The notes: generated by a model from the letters alone, not told the origin. A DNA stretch of 39,137 bases from Candidatus Brocadiia bacterium (GCA_046538485.1 JBKHIT010000047.1:1-39137), one strand, 5' to 3'; shown: positions 1 through 9,125, counted from the first letter of the stretch. Numbers and translations are program-made.

Positions 1-123
1 CAAATTGCGGCTGGATTTAACTCTGTGCGCCAATAGCCGTAAAATCGAGGCTAGAAGGGCTACGCGACCTGCAGAATTGCTTCGGAGACCTGAGACGGGA
101 GATTCCCGGCACCACAAGCGAAA

Positions 124-258
124 CTATAGAATTCGCCGATCCGGCAGTCCTCCCTCACTGAGACTTTCCCACACGATTACGGTTTTCTCGCCGACCAACT
201 CACTCTCGCCTGCTCCCCCCAACCTGCTGATCAACTTTTTCCCCGGTCCCCTGTTCAC
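124..258 (-). CDS. Possible small ORF (44 aa) translationally coupled to the S8 peptidase
   Basis: GTG at 258-256 overlaps the peptidase TGA (GTGA), with GGAGGA upstream; no recognisable motif. Confidence 0.25.
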   Translation of the reverse strand: MNRGPGKKLISRLGGAGESELVGEKTVIVWESLSEGGLPDRRIL

Positions 259-1796
259 ACCTGTTCCTCCTCCAATCTCTCTCGTAAAACCCCGGCAATT
301 GCCTCGCACCAGCGGGGGTCGGTTTCGGACCATTCCAGAGCATCAAGTGCCTCGTCCGGCGGAAGACTGAGGGCGGTTTCAGTGATTTCCTTTTGAATTT
401 CTGGATCGTGAGTTTTCCCCCATAGATTGGCCAACATGACGGCCGCTTGTTCAGGTTCGTATTTATCGATTGTTGAGCGGATCCGGTCGAGGATTTTTGC
501 GCGCCGTCGCAATAACGCCAGAGTCAACAGGCCATCAACCAGTCCCATTCCTGCCGCGCTCATCAAAGGCACCGTCCCGATGGTCCTCAGGGCAAGGCCG
601 AAGAAAGCCGGGGGTAATAGAGCCATCAGAACGTCTTTTGCCCGAAGGTGAAGAACGCCCGCGCAGATCAGGCCCACTGTCCCACATAAGATGGCTGTCG
701 CTGGCCCATGCGCAGAGATTCCCGCCGCCAGCAGTCCCCAGTACCACGACACAAAAAGAACTATGCCCACAACGCCGGGTAAGCCGACAATCCAGATAAG
801 CAGTGTAAGAAAGAGGCCGGTTATTCCCTTTTGTACGCAAAGAAATACAGAGACTCCGAGTAACAGAATCCCGATCACTGCCGGCACGATTGTATGGAAC
901 CACTTGTATGATGGGCGAAGAAAAAGTTTGACGGATTTTATCTGCAGGACTCCGGCACCGAGCTGCCCCTGGTTGAAAAGGTTGCCCTTGATCCGTCGGC
1001 ATACATCTTCCAGGATCCGAACGGCTTCGTCGTGTGAATTTTCCGGGTTTTTTCGCAAAATGAGCGCTAACCCTGCCGTTATCCGTGGAGCAGCGAAAGA
1101 AGTTCCCCGCGCTTCCATCTCGCGACGCAGGCGTCTATATGGCAAATAAACACTGTCGATGAAAGTAATGTCTCCGGAAGCCGAGATGTCGATCCAGTTA
1201 CCATAGTTTGAATGGAGCGACTTCCCTTTTCGTGTAGCACTGGCAACGGAGATAACTCCCTCGTAAGCCGCCGGGTAAAAACGTTCTTCGGAATCCTCGT
1301 TTCCGGCTGCGGCAATAATAAGTGCACCGCTTTTGCGAAGCTTTCGAATTAGATTCTCTTCCTCGGCCTCGGGCTCGGGAGATCCCAGACTGATATTGAC
1401 AAGGACGTGGATTTCGGGATGACGGCGGGTGTATTCAATGACCTTCTGCAGTGCCCGATGGTAAGCTTCACGGTCTACATTTCCCGCCGGACTTTCGACT
1501 GGAAGACCAACAACAGGAACTGAGCAGTACCGCCGGATGACGCGCGCCACAAGACTGCCATGATTTAGTTTTTCATCCTGTTTTACACTGAGGGCAGGGC
1601 CTTCAACAAAAGCCGGATCGAGTTTGGAATCCATGACGAAAGCCACGACACCGCCCGAACGGGCGATTTCCTTTGAGGAAGGCCATGCTTCGAGTTGTCC
1701 CTCGACCACGGGGGCTTGCCACGATGGCTCGGCGAAAGTAAGGCCTGCTAAGAGCAACGCTGCCAGAGTAGCAAGAGCACCGAGAATCCAGCGCAT
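255..1796 (-). CDS. S8 (subtilisin-like) serine peptidase with signal peptide and C-terminal multi-pass membrane region
   Basis: N-terminal signal peptide; Asp (VMDS), His (NHGSLVA), oxyanion Asn (AAAGN), YPAAY, Ser (GTSFAAP); several hydrophobic helices after residue ~300. Confidence 0.9.
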   Translation of the reverse strand: MRWILGALATLAALLLAGLTFAEPSWQAPVVEGQLEAWPSSKEIARSGGVVAFVMDSKLDPAFVEGPALSVKQDEKLNHGSLVARVIRRYCSVPVVGLPVESPAGNVDREAYHRALQKVIEYTRRHPEIHVLVNISLGSPEPEAEEENLIRKLRKSGALIIAAAGNEDSEERFYPAAYEGVISVASATRKGKSLHSNYGNWIDISASGDITFIDSVYLPYRRLRREMEARGTSFAAPRITAGLALILRKNPENSHDEAVRILEDVCRRIKGNLFNQGQLGAGVLQIKSVKLFLRPSYKWFHTIVPAVIGILLLGVSVFLCVQKGITGLFLTLLIWIVGLPGVVGIVLFVSWYWGLLAAGISAHGPATAILCGTVGLICAGVLHLRAKDVLMALLPPAFFGLALRTIGTVPLMSAAGMGLVDGLLTLALLRRRAKILDRIRSTIDKYEPEQAAVMLANLWGKTHDPEIQKEITETALSLPPDEALDALEWSETDPRWCEAIAGVLRERLEEEQV

Positions 1797-1887
1797 TTGG
1801 AGATTTCACCTTATTATTGTTACACTTCTTCCATGTTCCCGTAGCTTGACATAGAGGCTCGGTTCCGTCAAATGCTCTCGGTTTTTG

Positions 1888-1916
1888 TTGACAGGCGTCC
1901 GGCAGTGCAATATTCT
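1888..1916 (+). promoter_or_regulatory. Sigma70-type promoter for the zinc-ribbon genes
   Basis: TTGACA (1888-1893), 17-nt spacer, TATTCT (1911-1916); GGAGG RBS before ATG 1949. Confidence 0.65.
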
Positions 1917-1948
1917 GAGCGAGTGCCAGAATTTCTCCGGAGGCGGTA

Positions 1949-2473
1949 ATGCCCCTTGTTGATTGTCCAGAGTGCGGCCGCCAAATCAGCGAGAAAGCAG
2001 CTGTTTGTCCCCATTGTGGGCGTGTACTAAAGGACAAAAAACCGGAGGTAAAAAAATACCGTGGCTTTGAATGGAAAAGCAATGCTCGGCTTTTCGGATG
2101 GCCTCTGGTGCATGTGGCATTTGGGCGAAGAAAGGAAACCGGCCGATTGATGGTGGCGCAGGGCGTTGTGGCTATCGGCCAATTTGCGGTTGGTTTTATC
2201 ACAATAGCCCAATTTGGAATCGGCTTTCTTTTTGCATTAGGACAGTTCGCCTGTAGCCCCATCGCCGTTGCCCAGGTAGCACTCGGCATAATATTTGGGC
2301 TCGGGCAAGTAGCAACGGGTATAACGGCCGTCGGACAGATTGCTTTTGGCAAATATGTGCTTGCCCAGTGGGGAATTGGTGAACACCTCTGGACCCCTAA
2401 AATCAGGGATCAGGAGGCTGTGAACCATTTCCGCGGAATTCTTGATTTTACTAAAGGATTGCTTGGGCGTTGA
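1949..2473 (+). CDS. Zinc-ribbon protein with Gly/Ala-rich GQxAxG repeat domain
   Basis: CPEC...CPHC zinc ribbon, LFGWPLVHVAFG, then repeats of about 10 residues (AIGQFAVG, ALGQFACS, GLGQVATG, AVGQIAFG). Confidence 0.85.
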   Translation: MPLVDCPECGRQISEKAAVCPHCGRVLKDKKPEVKKYRGFEWKSNARLFGWPLVHVAFGRRKETGRLMVAQGVVAIGQFAVGFITIAQFGIGFLFALGQFACSPIAVAQVALGIIFGLGQVATGITAVGQIAFGKYVLAQWGIGEHLWTPKIRDQEAVNHFRGILDFTKGLLGR

Positions 2474-2495
2474 ACATTGGATAAAGGAGAGGCAT

Positions 2496-2993
2496 ATGGA
2501 CATTCAAATCAAATGCAAAGAATGCAAGGAAGAGTTTAATCCTGACCTGAACAATAAGAAGGGATGGACATGTCCTAACTGCGGGGCGCAAAATCCCGAC
2601 CTCCGCAAACATTACAAAATCGTCGGGGTCATAACCGCCATTCTTTTTGCAGGGATGGTCGCACTTATTATTTTCAGTATTTCCCGGGTCGGCAAGGTAG
2701 CTTGGGGTCATGTCATTCCGCTTATTATGGCACTTCTCTCTCTGGTCGTTGCCGCTATACTTTTGTTCTCAGATGTCCCCTGGCAAAATCCCAACGCCAT
2801 CGGCCTTATGTGGTTGCTGTATGCTACTTATCTCGCCATGGTCATTTTGCTGCTCATCGTGTCGGTCATAGGAGAAGTGACACATCCCGGTCGCACAATT
2901 TCTATTCTTTCGGTGCTGGGGATTTTTTTCCTCGTGATGTTCGGCTACATCTACTGGGTTCATAAGCAAACCCGCCGGTGCCGAATTGAATAA
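2496..2993 (+). CDS. Zinc-ribbon membrane protein (about 4 TM helices)
   Basis: AAGGAG RBS before ATG 2496; CKEC...CPNC followed by four hydrophobic segments. Confidence 0.8.
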   Translation: MDIQIKCKECKEEFNPDLNNKKGWTCPNCGAQNPDLRKHYKIVGVITAILFAGMVALIIFSISRVGKVAWGHVIPLIMALLSLVVAAILLFSDVPWQNPNAIGLMWLLYATYLAMVILLLIVSVIGEVTHPGRTISILSVLGIFFLVMFGYIYWVHKQTRRCRIE

Positions 2994-3069
2994 AACCACT
3001 CCGGGTTCTTTTTCATCTCCCGGGATTAATCGCCAGCCTTTTGGCGCTCGAGAAGTAACAGCTTCATAA

Positions 3070-4587
3070 TTATGACGTTTCCGAAAACTCCGGGTAGGTA
3101 AGCTGCGGGGCGAGATCTTCAAAATCACCGATGTGGAATATAAACTTCCCCCCCTCTCCATTCACTTCAGGCCTTCCAGCAAGGTGCATACAGGGGATGG
3201 ACCCGTTTCCATGAACGCCGCACGGGGGCTTCCCTACCTGTGCTACCCACGCCGTTCCGTCATAGGATCGGAGCAAACCGCATGTGTTTTCAGCCCCCAC
3301 CTTCGCCGCCGACCAGACCATCGGCGGGCCATTCTTTTGAACCGGCATATTCTTTATCAGCGCCGGAGAACCGTCGATTACAACCGCTTGTGTCATTCGT
3401 TCCTGACTGCTGAAGAAAGGGCTGATCGTCTTGAAGCAAATACTGTTGAGGTGAACTTTCTCGCCTGACAGATTTTCTGTTTCAAAACGATAGTAAACAG
3501 TGTTGTCTTCGACCCACGCTTCGAAAGCAATATTGCTCATTCCTTTTCGCCTATTGTAGGCCACATGCCGCCCGTCACAACTGATTTCCCAGTCAATAAA
3601 AGCATCAGGATTTTCAGGCCAGCTGTTCGCACCGGGGAAAGGACCCCAGTCGACCTCAGGGACATCGAATAGCCAGACACTTTCCGGAAACCACGGAACT
3701 TCGATTCTTACGGTCGTTGTTTCAGTTGGTGTCAGGCGGATCGGCTCGCGCCCGTAGAGTCGCAGACGTATCCGGACGGTTGCTGGAAAACCGGCTTCCG
3801 GCGGGTCGTAATCCAGCTGGGAAATTAGGTCCGGCGGCGGGTTATCCGAAGCGCAGCGAAATCCAGTGACGTAATTCCGCATTCGCGGATGCCAGCCGAG
3901 TCTGCCCGTCACCATGTGAGTATATGGCTGGGTATGCAATAGCGAGGAACCCGTGAGCGTATAGGTGTCGCCAGAAACCGTACGGACGTATTCACAAACT
4001 AAACCGGCCATATCCATCGTTCCGACAGGGCTGGCGACCGCGCGCCGTGATCCAACCGGAAAAGCTGCGGAAAACGGCACATTCCCTTCGCTGAGATAAT
4101 GGGCCTTTCGGTCAAATTCATTGCCCCAGGGGTATAGCCGGCCGTCGGTCCCTCTGGCGGCTTTTTCCCATTCAACTTCGGTGAGCAACCGTTTCCCGGC
4201 CCATTCCGCGTAAGCTTCCGCATCGGTAGAGTTAACACCGATCATCGGCAGCATGGCCGTCGGAGGATCGTTCGGAGGCCAGGATTCGGTCAACTCGCGC
4301 CAGCCAACAACCCATCCGTTCCGGATAATCTCGTAACCTGTCTGGACCATGAACTGCCAGAACTGCCCCCGCGTAACCGGATATTTGTCAACCCAGAATT
4401 CATTTGTCCGGCGCGTTTCCGCATTGCTATGAAATTTAAGTTGATCTGGATGAACCCCGGCACTTTCTGCCGCTCGTTGTTTATCGGAAGTGGTCATTCC
4501 ATACTGAAAGTCGCCGGCCGGGACTTTCACCATCGCACGGTCCAATTGAGCCGGCTGATAACCGTACGGAAAATTTGTTTTGCGCAT
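3070..4587 (-). CDS. Formylglycine-generating enzyme (SUMF1/FGE-sulfatase) family protein with extra C-terminal domain
   Basis: DKYPVT, WAGKRLLTEVEWEKAARGTDGRLYPWGN, DMAG, GFRC motifs; likely start ATG 4587 (ORF track extends to 4674). Confidence 0.85.
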   Translation of the reverse strand: MRKTNFPYGYQPAQLDRAMVKVPAGDFQYGMTTSDKQRAAESAGVHPDQLKFHSNAETRRTNEFWVDKYPVTRGQFWQFMVQTGYEIIRNGWVVGWRELTESWPPNDPPTAMLPMIGVNSTDAEAYAEWAGKRLLTEVEWEKAARGTDGRLYPWGNEFDRKAHYLSEGNVPFSAAFPVGSRRAVASPVGTMDMAGLVCEYVRTVSGDTYTLTGSSLLHTQPYTHMVTGRLGWHPRMRNYVTGFRCASDNPPPDLISQLDYDPPEAGFPATVRIRLRLYGREPIRLTPTETTTVRIEVPWFPESVWLFDVPEVDWGPFPGANSWPENPDAFIDWEISCDGRHVAYNRRKGMSNIAFEAWVEDNTVYYRFETENLSGEKVHLNSICFKTISPFFSSQERMTQAVVIDGSPALIKNMPVQKNGPPMVWSAAKVGAENTCGLLRSYDGTAWVAQVGKPPCGVHGNGSIPCMHLAGRPEVNGEGGKFIFHIGDFEDLAPQLTYPEFSETS

Positions 4588-4778
4588 GTTTTTCCTGTCT
4601 ATATATTCCAAAACGTGCGTCGACTGTAGCTGGCCAAAAGCCCATACCATAGCGCAGAGATCAGACCCTATCAAGGAATAGAGCCGATCGAGTTCGTGGG
4701 CGAGAATCTTTATCTTGCAAACGCTTACAACAAGGGTTAATCTCTCTTTTCGCTTTGACTCAATCTGGAGGGAGCAAA

Positions 4779-5732
4779 ATGGAACATGTGAGACTCGGCG
4801 ATTCCCAACTGGAAGTGTCGCGGCTCTGCCTGGGAACCTGGAATATGTCCGGAGGCGAAGGATGGGGACCGGAAGATGACCAAAACAGCATTCGCATTAT
4901 CCGTGAGGTCCTCGATAGAGGCTTCAATTTTATCGACAGCGCTCATGGATATGGGAAAGGCCACAGCGAAGAAGTCCTGGGGAAAGCACTCGACGGACGT
5001 CGCGATGATGCAATCGTTTCAACCAAAATTGTGCAATGTGATCCCTCGGACGTGGAAGCTCAGCTTGATGCGGCTCTTAAACGTTTGAGAAGCGACTATG
5101 TGGACATCTATATCGTCCACTGGCCGCGACCGAGTGTGTCGCTGGAAGATTTTATGGGCGAAATGGTGAAAATGAAGGAGAAGGGCAAAGCCCGAGAGAT
5201 CGGGGCCAGCAATTTCAATCTTGAGCAGATGAAAATCGCGTTAGAGTTTGGGGCCATCAGTTTGCAACCCCCCTTCAATGCTCTCTGGCGTATAATCGAT
5301 GAAGATGTCCTGCCATTTTGCCGCAAAAATCAGATTGGTGTAACCCCATATAGCCCGCTCGCACAGGGATTATTGACCGGGCGGTATACCCGCGGGGAAG
5401 AAAAGACAAAAGGCGGACCAAGAGATTCCAACCTTCTTTTCAAAGAACCAAATTTCTCTCGGGCAAAAGAAGGTGCATCTGTTGTGGACGATGTGGCCGA
5501 CGAAATCGGTGCAACCAGCGCGCAGACCGCTCTGGCCTGGGTGCTCCAGACCGATGGTATAACAGCTCCGATCGTGGGCGTCAGCCGGATGGGACAATGG
5601 GAAGATAATGTGCAGGCGCTTGATATCGAGCTGACCGGCGAACAATACGATCGAATCTCCCGGGCGGGCCTGGAGGTCTGGAATGAATGTTTCACCGATG
5701 ACGATACGATGTGGGGCTGGAAACCAAAGTGA
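4779..5732 (+). CDS. Aldo/keto reductase
   Basis: VSRLCLGTW, FIDSAHGYG, DYVDIYIVHWP, IGASNF, YSPLAQGLLTG; GGAG RBS before ATG 4779. Confidence 0.93.
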   Translation: MEHVRLGDSQLEVSRLCLGTWNMSGGEGWGPEDDQNSIRIIREVLDRGFNFIDSAHGYGKGHSEEVLGKALDGRRDDAIVSTKIVQCDPSDVEAQLDAALKRLRSDYVDIYIVHWPRPSVSLEDFMGEMVKMKEKGKAREIGASNFNLEQMKIALEFGAISLQPPFNALWRIIDEDVLPFCRKNQIGVTPYSPLAQGLLTGRYTRGEEKTKGGPRDSNLLFKEPNFSRAKEGASVVDDVADEIGATSAQTALAWVLQTDGITAPIVGVSRMGQWEDNVQALDIELTGEQYDRISRAGLEVWNECFTDDDTMWGWKPK

Positions 5733-5780
5733 ACGAGGCTGTATTCAATGAGGTAGTTATGTTTCACCCGTCGAGGCCTA

Positions 5781-5985
5781 TATACCGGGCTTTCAGCCCT
5801 CAAAATCATGGCCACTGACCCAGAACCCAGACCTCCGTGATCCTTCAGACCATTTCTGTCTCGGCTGATATCTGTCGGGCTTTTCACCCCTTCAAGTGGC
5901 ATTTTTGAGGGCCAACAGCCCGGCAGATACCAGCCCTGGGTTAAGGGCGCGAAGAAAACTATAGTGGGCTGAAGGCCCACCATAA
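5781..5985. repeat. REPIN-like inverted pair of REP units (GGGCTGAAAGCCC hairpins with CAGATAYCAGCC)
   Basis: Reverse complement of 5781-5895 (ttgaaggggtgaaaagcccgacagatatcagcc...ctgggt...gggctgaaagcccggtata) mirrors 5903-5985 (ttgagggccaacagcccggcagataccagcc-ctgggt...gggctgaaggcccaccata). Confidence 0.7.
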
Positions 5986-6011
5986 ATCCCCTCCCAAAAC
6001 ACCGTATCAGA

Positions 6012-6064
6012 AGCGGACTGGACTTCAGAACCGCTGCGCGGGGCTGGAGTTCAGAACGCGGTGC
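6012..6064 (+). repeat. Dispersed repeat module R1, copy A (two tandem hairpins, core CTGGASTTCAGAA)
   Basis: agcggactggacttcagaaccgctgcgcggggctggagttcagaacgcggtgc; near-identical to reverse complement of 13229-13281. Confidence 0.85.
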
Positions 6065-6149
6065 AAGGTCTTGTAAAGTTCCTCCTTTATTCACGCAGTA
6101 TGGGACAAAAATCAGCGCATATATGAACCCCGCCGGCGCGAGCCGGCTG

Positions 6150-6195
6150 TGGAGTGCGGCGAGCAGTTCGGCTATGCCGAACGGAGCCCCGCTTT
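6150..6195 (+). repeat. REP-like TGGAGTGCGGC...CCGCTTT hairpin with nested perfect hairpin
   Basis: tggagtgcggcgagc-a-gttcggc-tat-gccgaac-ggagccccgcttt. Confidence 0.5.
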
Positions 6196-6286
6196 CCATT
6201 TGTCCTTCTCCGCGGGAAACTGCAGTTCAGAACGCAGCACAATTGGGCCTGATCTCCGCGCGGCTTGATGTGTCTCAGACATTGCT

Positions 6287-6337
6287 CGCCTCAAGTCCCC
6301 CTTCGCCCGCCGGAAGGTTCAGCTGAACCCGAGTCTC
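6287..6337 (+). repeat. Dispersed repeat module R2, copy A
   Basis: cgcctcaagtcccccttcgcccgc...ggttcagctgaacccgagtctc matches reverse complement of 13297-13350. Confidence 0.75.
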
Positions 6338-6388
6338 CATTTCCGTGAGAAGAAAACACCCGGCTCCCGCGGCGGGGAGGTTACACAA

Positions 6389-6455
6389 CCCGGCCCACAG
6401 AGTGGAGCCCCCTCCGCGCAAGGCTATGGAGCCCAAGGAGCCTGTGCTACATGTG
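6389..6455 (+). repeat. Dispersed repeat module R3, copy A, interrupted by a ~31-nt insert
   Basis: cccggcccacagagtggag-[insert]-agcctgtgctacatgtg versus uninterrupted reverse complement of 13141-13176 (cccggtccacagggtggagagcctgtaccacatgcg). Confidence 0.7.
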
Positions 6456-6525
6456 TTTGTAGTTCACGGTATGGCAGAAGGCTACACAGGTACTCGCCGT
6501 ACGGCGAACAGAGTTAGTCCCGCAT

Positions 6526-7800
6526 TTAAAAGTTAGCGGGGCGACGTGGAAGTTCCACTGAGAGGTGGCGGGATGTTTCACCGTGCGCGGCGGCCGGGCC
6601 GATCTCCAGGGGGTGATCGGCATCACCAAAATTTACCTCTTCCGACGAACCCACCACGTCCGGTTCTCTGATAGGTTGCCCATCCACTTTATTGCTGGCA
6701 GCAACGTAGATATCTTGCGTCTCTTCGTTAACGCGTATTGCACTGGCGTCGGTGATGAACTGGTTTTGTCGGATAACCACATGGCGGATTCGGGAGGCAA
6801 TTACGATCTCAGCTTCGTCCTGTTCGTTCGCGTTTTGCTCGAAGTTGTTCTCTTCCACAATCACTCTATCTCCACCATGTATGTGTACGTCACGGAACCG
6901 TAGACCTGCCCAGCTATTACCTTTTATTTCATTATTTCGCAAAATGTGGTTCGTATCGCGTTCGCCGATGGAAATTCCACCTCGGCCATTATTCTCGACC
7001 AGATTGCCCTCGCATAGTGAATGGGTGGTACGGAGACAATAAAAGATGCCCATTCCGCCGCAGTTATGGACGTGGTTATCCTCGATCACGTAACGCACCG
7101 ACCCACTTCCAGGATGCAATCCGTTTTCGGCGAGGTCATGGACCTCACAACGTTTTACCGCGATATCGGTGCACTGTTGGAAACTGATGCCGTCGCCGGT
7201 GAAATCCTGAATGTGGAGATTTTCCGCAGTTGCGGTGTGAGTTTGCAGGAAAAAAACCGCCCCCCCCCGACAGCCGCCCAGGAGTTCGGGATCGTTGGAA
7301 CCATCCAGGGTTAAATCACGCATCGCAACGCCGCGCGCGTATTCGGCCGAAACCAGAGGGAAAATGCTGACGGCCCGTCCGCCTTTGTTCGGACTGTAAT
7401 CGGCGTTAAATTGTTTGTCGATGAAGAGGCAAGCCCCGTCTATTTCCTGGATTGTACCGACGGTCATATTGAAACCGTTCGTTGAATCGTCACGCACCGT
7501 AATGCCCATCCCTGGCCGAAACAGATCCGGATCTTCCACCGTCACTTCGTAATGGCCATAGCCCAGGTGATCAACGATCGGGCTTGAAACACTCTGAACT
7601 TTTTTCAGGACCGTTTCTTTCCCCTGGCCGGCGAGAGTAACGGAAGACCGGAGGTGGATTGCATCGTGTAGTTCGAACGTTCTGGCTGGCAGCTCAACGG
7701 TACCCCCGCCGCGTTCAGCGACATCGTTTATTGCGCGCTGAATGGTCTCGTTAGTCTCTCCGTCGTAAGGCGTTTTGCCAACTTTAATAGTTGCAGGCAT
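6526..7800 (-). CDS. Right-handed parallel beta-helix protein (pectin lyase-like fold)
   Basis: IQRAINDVAERGGGTVELP, LRSSVTLAGQG, repeated GDGIS/ENGLH/GMGIF/RGGIS PbH1-like rungs; likely start ATG 7800. Confidence 0.85.
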   Translation of the reverse strand: MPATIKVGKTPYDGETNETIQRAINDVAERGGGTVELPARTFELHDAIHLRSSVTLAGQGKETVLKKVQSVSSPIVDHLGYGHYEVTVEDPDLFRPGMGITVRDDSTNGFNMTVGTIQEIDGACLFIDKQFNADYSPNKGGRAVSIFPLVSAEYARGVAMRDLTLDGSNDPELLGGCRGGAVFFLQTHTATAENLHIQDFTGDGISFQQCTDIAVKRCEVHDLAENGLHPGSGSVRYVIEDNHVHNCGGMGIFYCLRTTHSLCEGNLVENNGRGGISIGERDTNHILRNNEIKGNSWAGLRFRDVHIHGGDRVIVEENNFEQNANEQDEAEIVIASRIRHVVIRQNQFITDASAIRVNEETQDIYVAASNKVDGQPIREPDVVGSSEEVNFGDADHPLEIGPAAAHGETSRHLSVELPRRPANF

Positions 7801-7980
7801 GTTTTCCTCTCGTGGTATGATTGAAGGCTTCCAAAATTGCATCTAAAGTTTTTTGTTCATTGGGGTTCAGAATAGAGCAGAAACCTGTGAAACGCAAGAC
7901 GTCAGTATGGACCTCATTTGAAGCGAAGGGTTGTGTGCCGTAGACTGGAATTTTCTTGATGGACGTTGCAGGAGTTCCCA

Positions 7981-8328
7981 ATGCACGAATTGTCGCTTTC
8001 AAAAGGTATGCTTGAGAGCGCTCTGAAAGCTGCCCGACAAAACAAAGGGGAACTGTGTACCCTTAATATTAAGGTTGGTGCACTTTCCAGTGCCAGTCCG
8101 GAAGCCCTCCAGTTCTGCATGGAGATGGTTCTTGAAAATCACGGACTGGAAGGAGTTGAGGTAAATATAGAAGAAACCCCGGCGCGTGCGCGCTGTGAAT
8201 GCGGCCACGGAGATACTGTAGATGACCTTTTTGAAGGATGCCCACGCTGCGGCAGCTTTCACCGTGAGATTCTGGAAGGCCAGGAAGTAACGCTTGAATC
8301 CATAGAGGTAGAGAATGGCAAAGATTGA
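7981..8328 (+). CDS. hypA: Hydrogenase maturation nickel metallochaperone HypA
   Basis: N-terminal MHE Ni motif, CECG and CPRC Zn ligands, C-terminal GQEVTLESIEVE. Confidence 0.93.
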   Translation: MHELSLSKGMLESALKAARQNKGELCTLNIKVGALSSASPEALQFCMEMVLENHGLEGVEVNIEETPARARCECGHGDTVDDLFEGCPRCGSFHREILEGQEVTLESIEVENGKD

Positions 8329-8956
8329 CTTGAACAAGTCGGCTCAGGAACGAAATCAACCCACTGCCGAGCAAAACCGGCAGAAATTTCGCGATGCTGA
8401 CGTATTTGTGGTGAATTTGATCGGTTCGCCGGGTTGCGGAAAGACCGCCATTCTTGAATATACAGCCCGCCATTGCCCCGGGAACTTTGCGGTCATCGTC
8501 GGGGATGTTCAGACGGCTCTGGATGCCGATCGAATTCTGGAATGTGATATCCCTGCCTACCCGATTGAAACCGGTGGGACCTGCCATCTATCGGCCAAAA
8601 TGATCGCCAATACGATCGCCGACATCAGTCTTGAAGAACTCGATTATCTGTTCATTGAAAACGTCGGGAATCTGGTATGCCCATCTACCATGGATCTCGG
8701 AGAAAACATAAAGGTCGGGGTGGTCAGCGTGCCGGAAGGCGATGAAAAAGTCAGAAAGTACCCCGCGCTTTTCCTCCGAACCAACATCGTATTTATCAAT
8801 AAAACCGACCTGCTGGAGCACTGTCAGTACGACGTCGAACGGGTGAAAGCCGATTGCCGCAAGGCCCGCCCGGATGTCAAGGTTTTCGAAGTAAGCGCCG
8901 CTGAAGGGGGAGGGTTTGAACCCTGGCTGGAATTTTTGCGGGCCATCTCTCCTTGA
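8315..8956 (+). CDS. hypB: Hydrogenase nickel incorporation GTPase HypB
   Basis: GSPGCGKT P-loop, TGGTCHL, ENVGNLVCP, EGDEKVRKYP, NKTD; overlaps hypA. Confidence 0.95.
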   Translation: MAKIDLNKSAQERNQPTAEQNRQKFRDADVFVVNLIGSPGCGKTAILEYTARHCPGNFAVIVGDVQTALDADRILECDIPAYPIETGGTCHLSAKMIANTIADISLEELDYLFIENVGNLVCPSTMDLGENIKVGVVSVPEGDEKVRKYPALFLRTNIVFINKTDLLEHCQYDVERVKADCRKARPDVKVFEVSAAEGGGFEPWLEFLRAISP

Positions 8957-9057
8957 AGATTCAGAGGTGGTTTGGACGGCACGCCACCGCCGCTTCAGCA
9001 ACGATGCCTTTTTCATCGACGACTTTATCGACCTGTTTTGAACTGTTCATAACAAGG

Positions 9058-9094
9058 AAAAGGCAGCGCTCCGGCACCGAACCGGTGCGCTGCC
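9058..9094 (-). terminator. Probable intrinsic terminator after fhs (between convergent hypB and fhs)
   Basis: Minus strand ggcagcgc-a-ccgg...ccgg-a-gcgctgcc stem followed by TTTT. Confidence 0.5.
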
Positions 9095-9125
9095 AGTGGC
9101 CTTCTGCAGATCAAAGGACCTGCGT

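Noticed and set aside
1846..1871. TTGAC-N16-GTCAA inverted repeat as an FNR/CRP site
   Set aside because: Spacing does not fit TTGAT-N4-ATCAA; may just be opposing -35-like hexamers
6043..6061. R1 core CTGGAGTTCAGA resembles the Illumina TruSeq adapter (GTGACTGGAGTTCAGACGTGTG), also at 35000-35018
   Set aside because: The match is only ~12 nt, the flanks differ from the adapter, and diverged variants sit inside larger conserved hairpins; contamination is unlikely
5330..6199. 289-aa minus-strand ORF, and short ORFs over 13051-13449 and 34775-35305
   Set aside because: They overlap a real gene or run through GC-rich palindromic repeats; no protein motifs
5733..6525. Possible CRISPR array in the repeat-rich spacers (also 12743-13505 and 34718-35519)
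   Set aside because: No identical direct repeats at regular spacing and no cas genes
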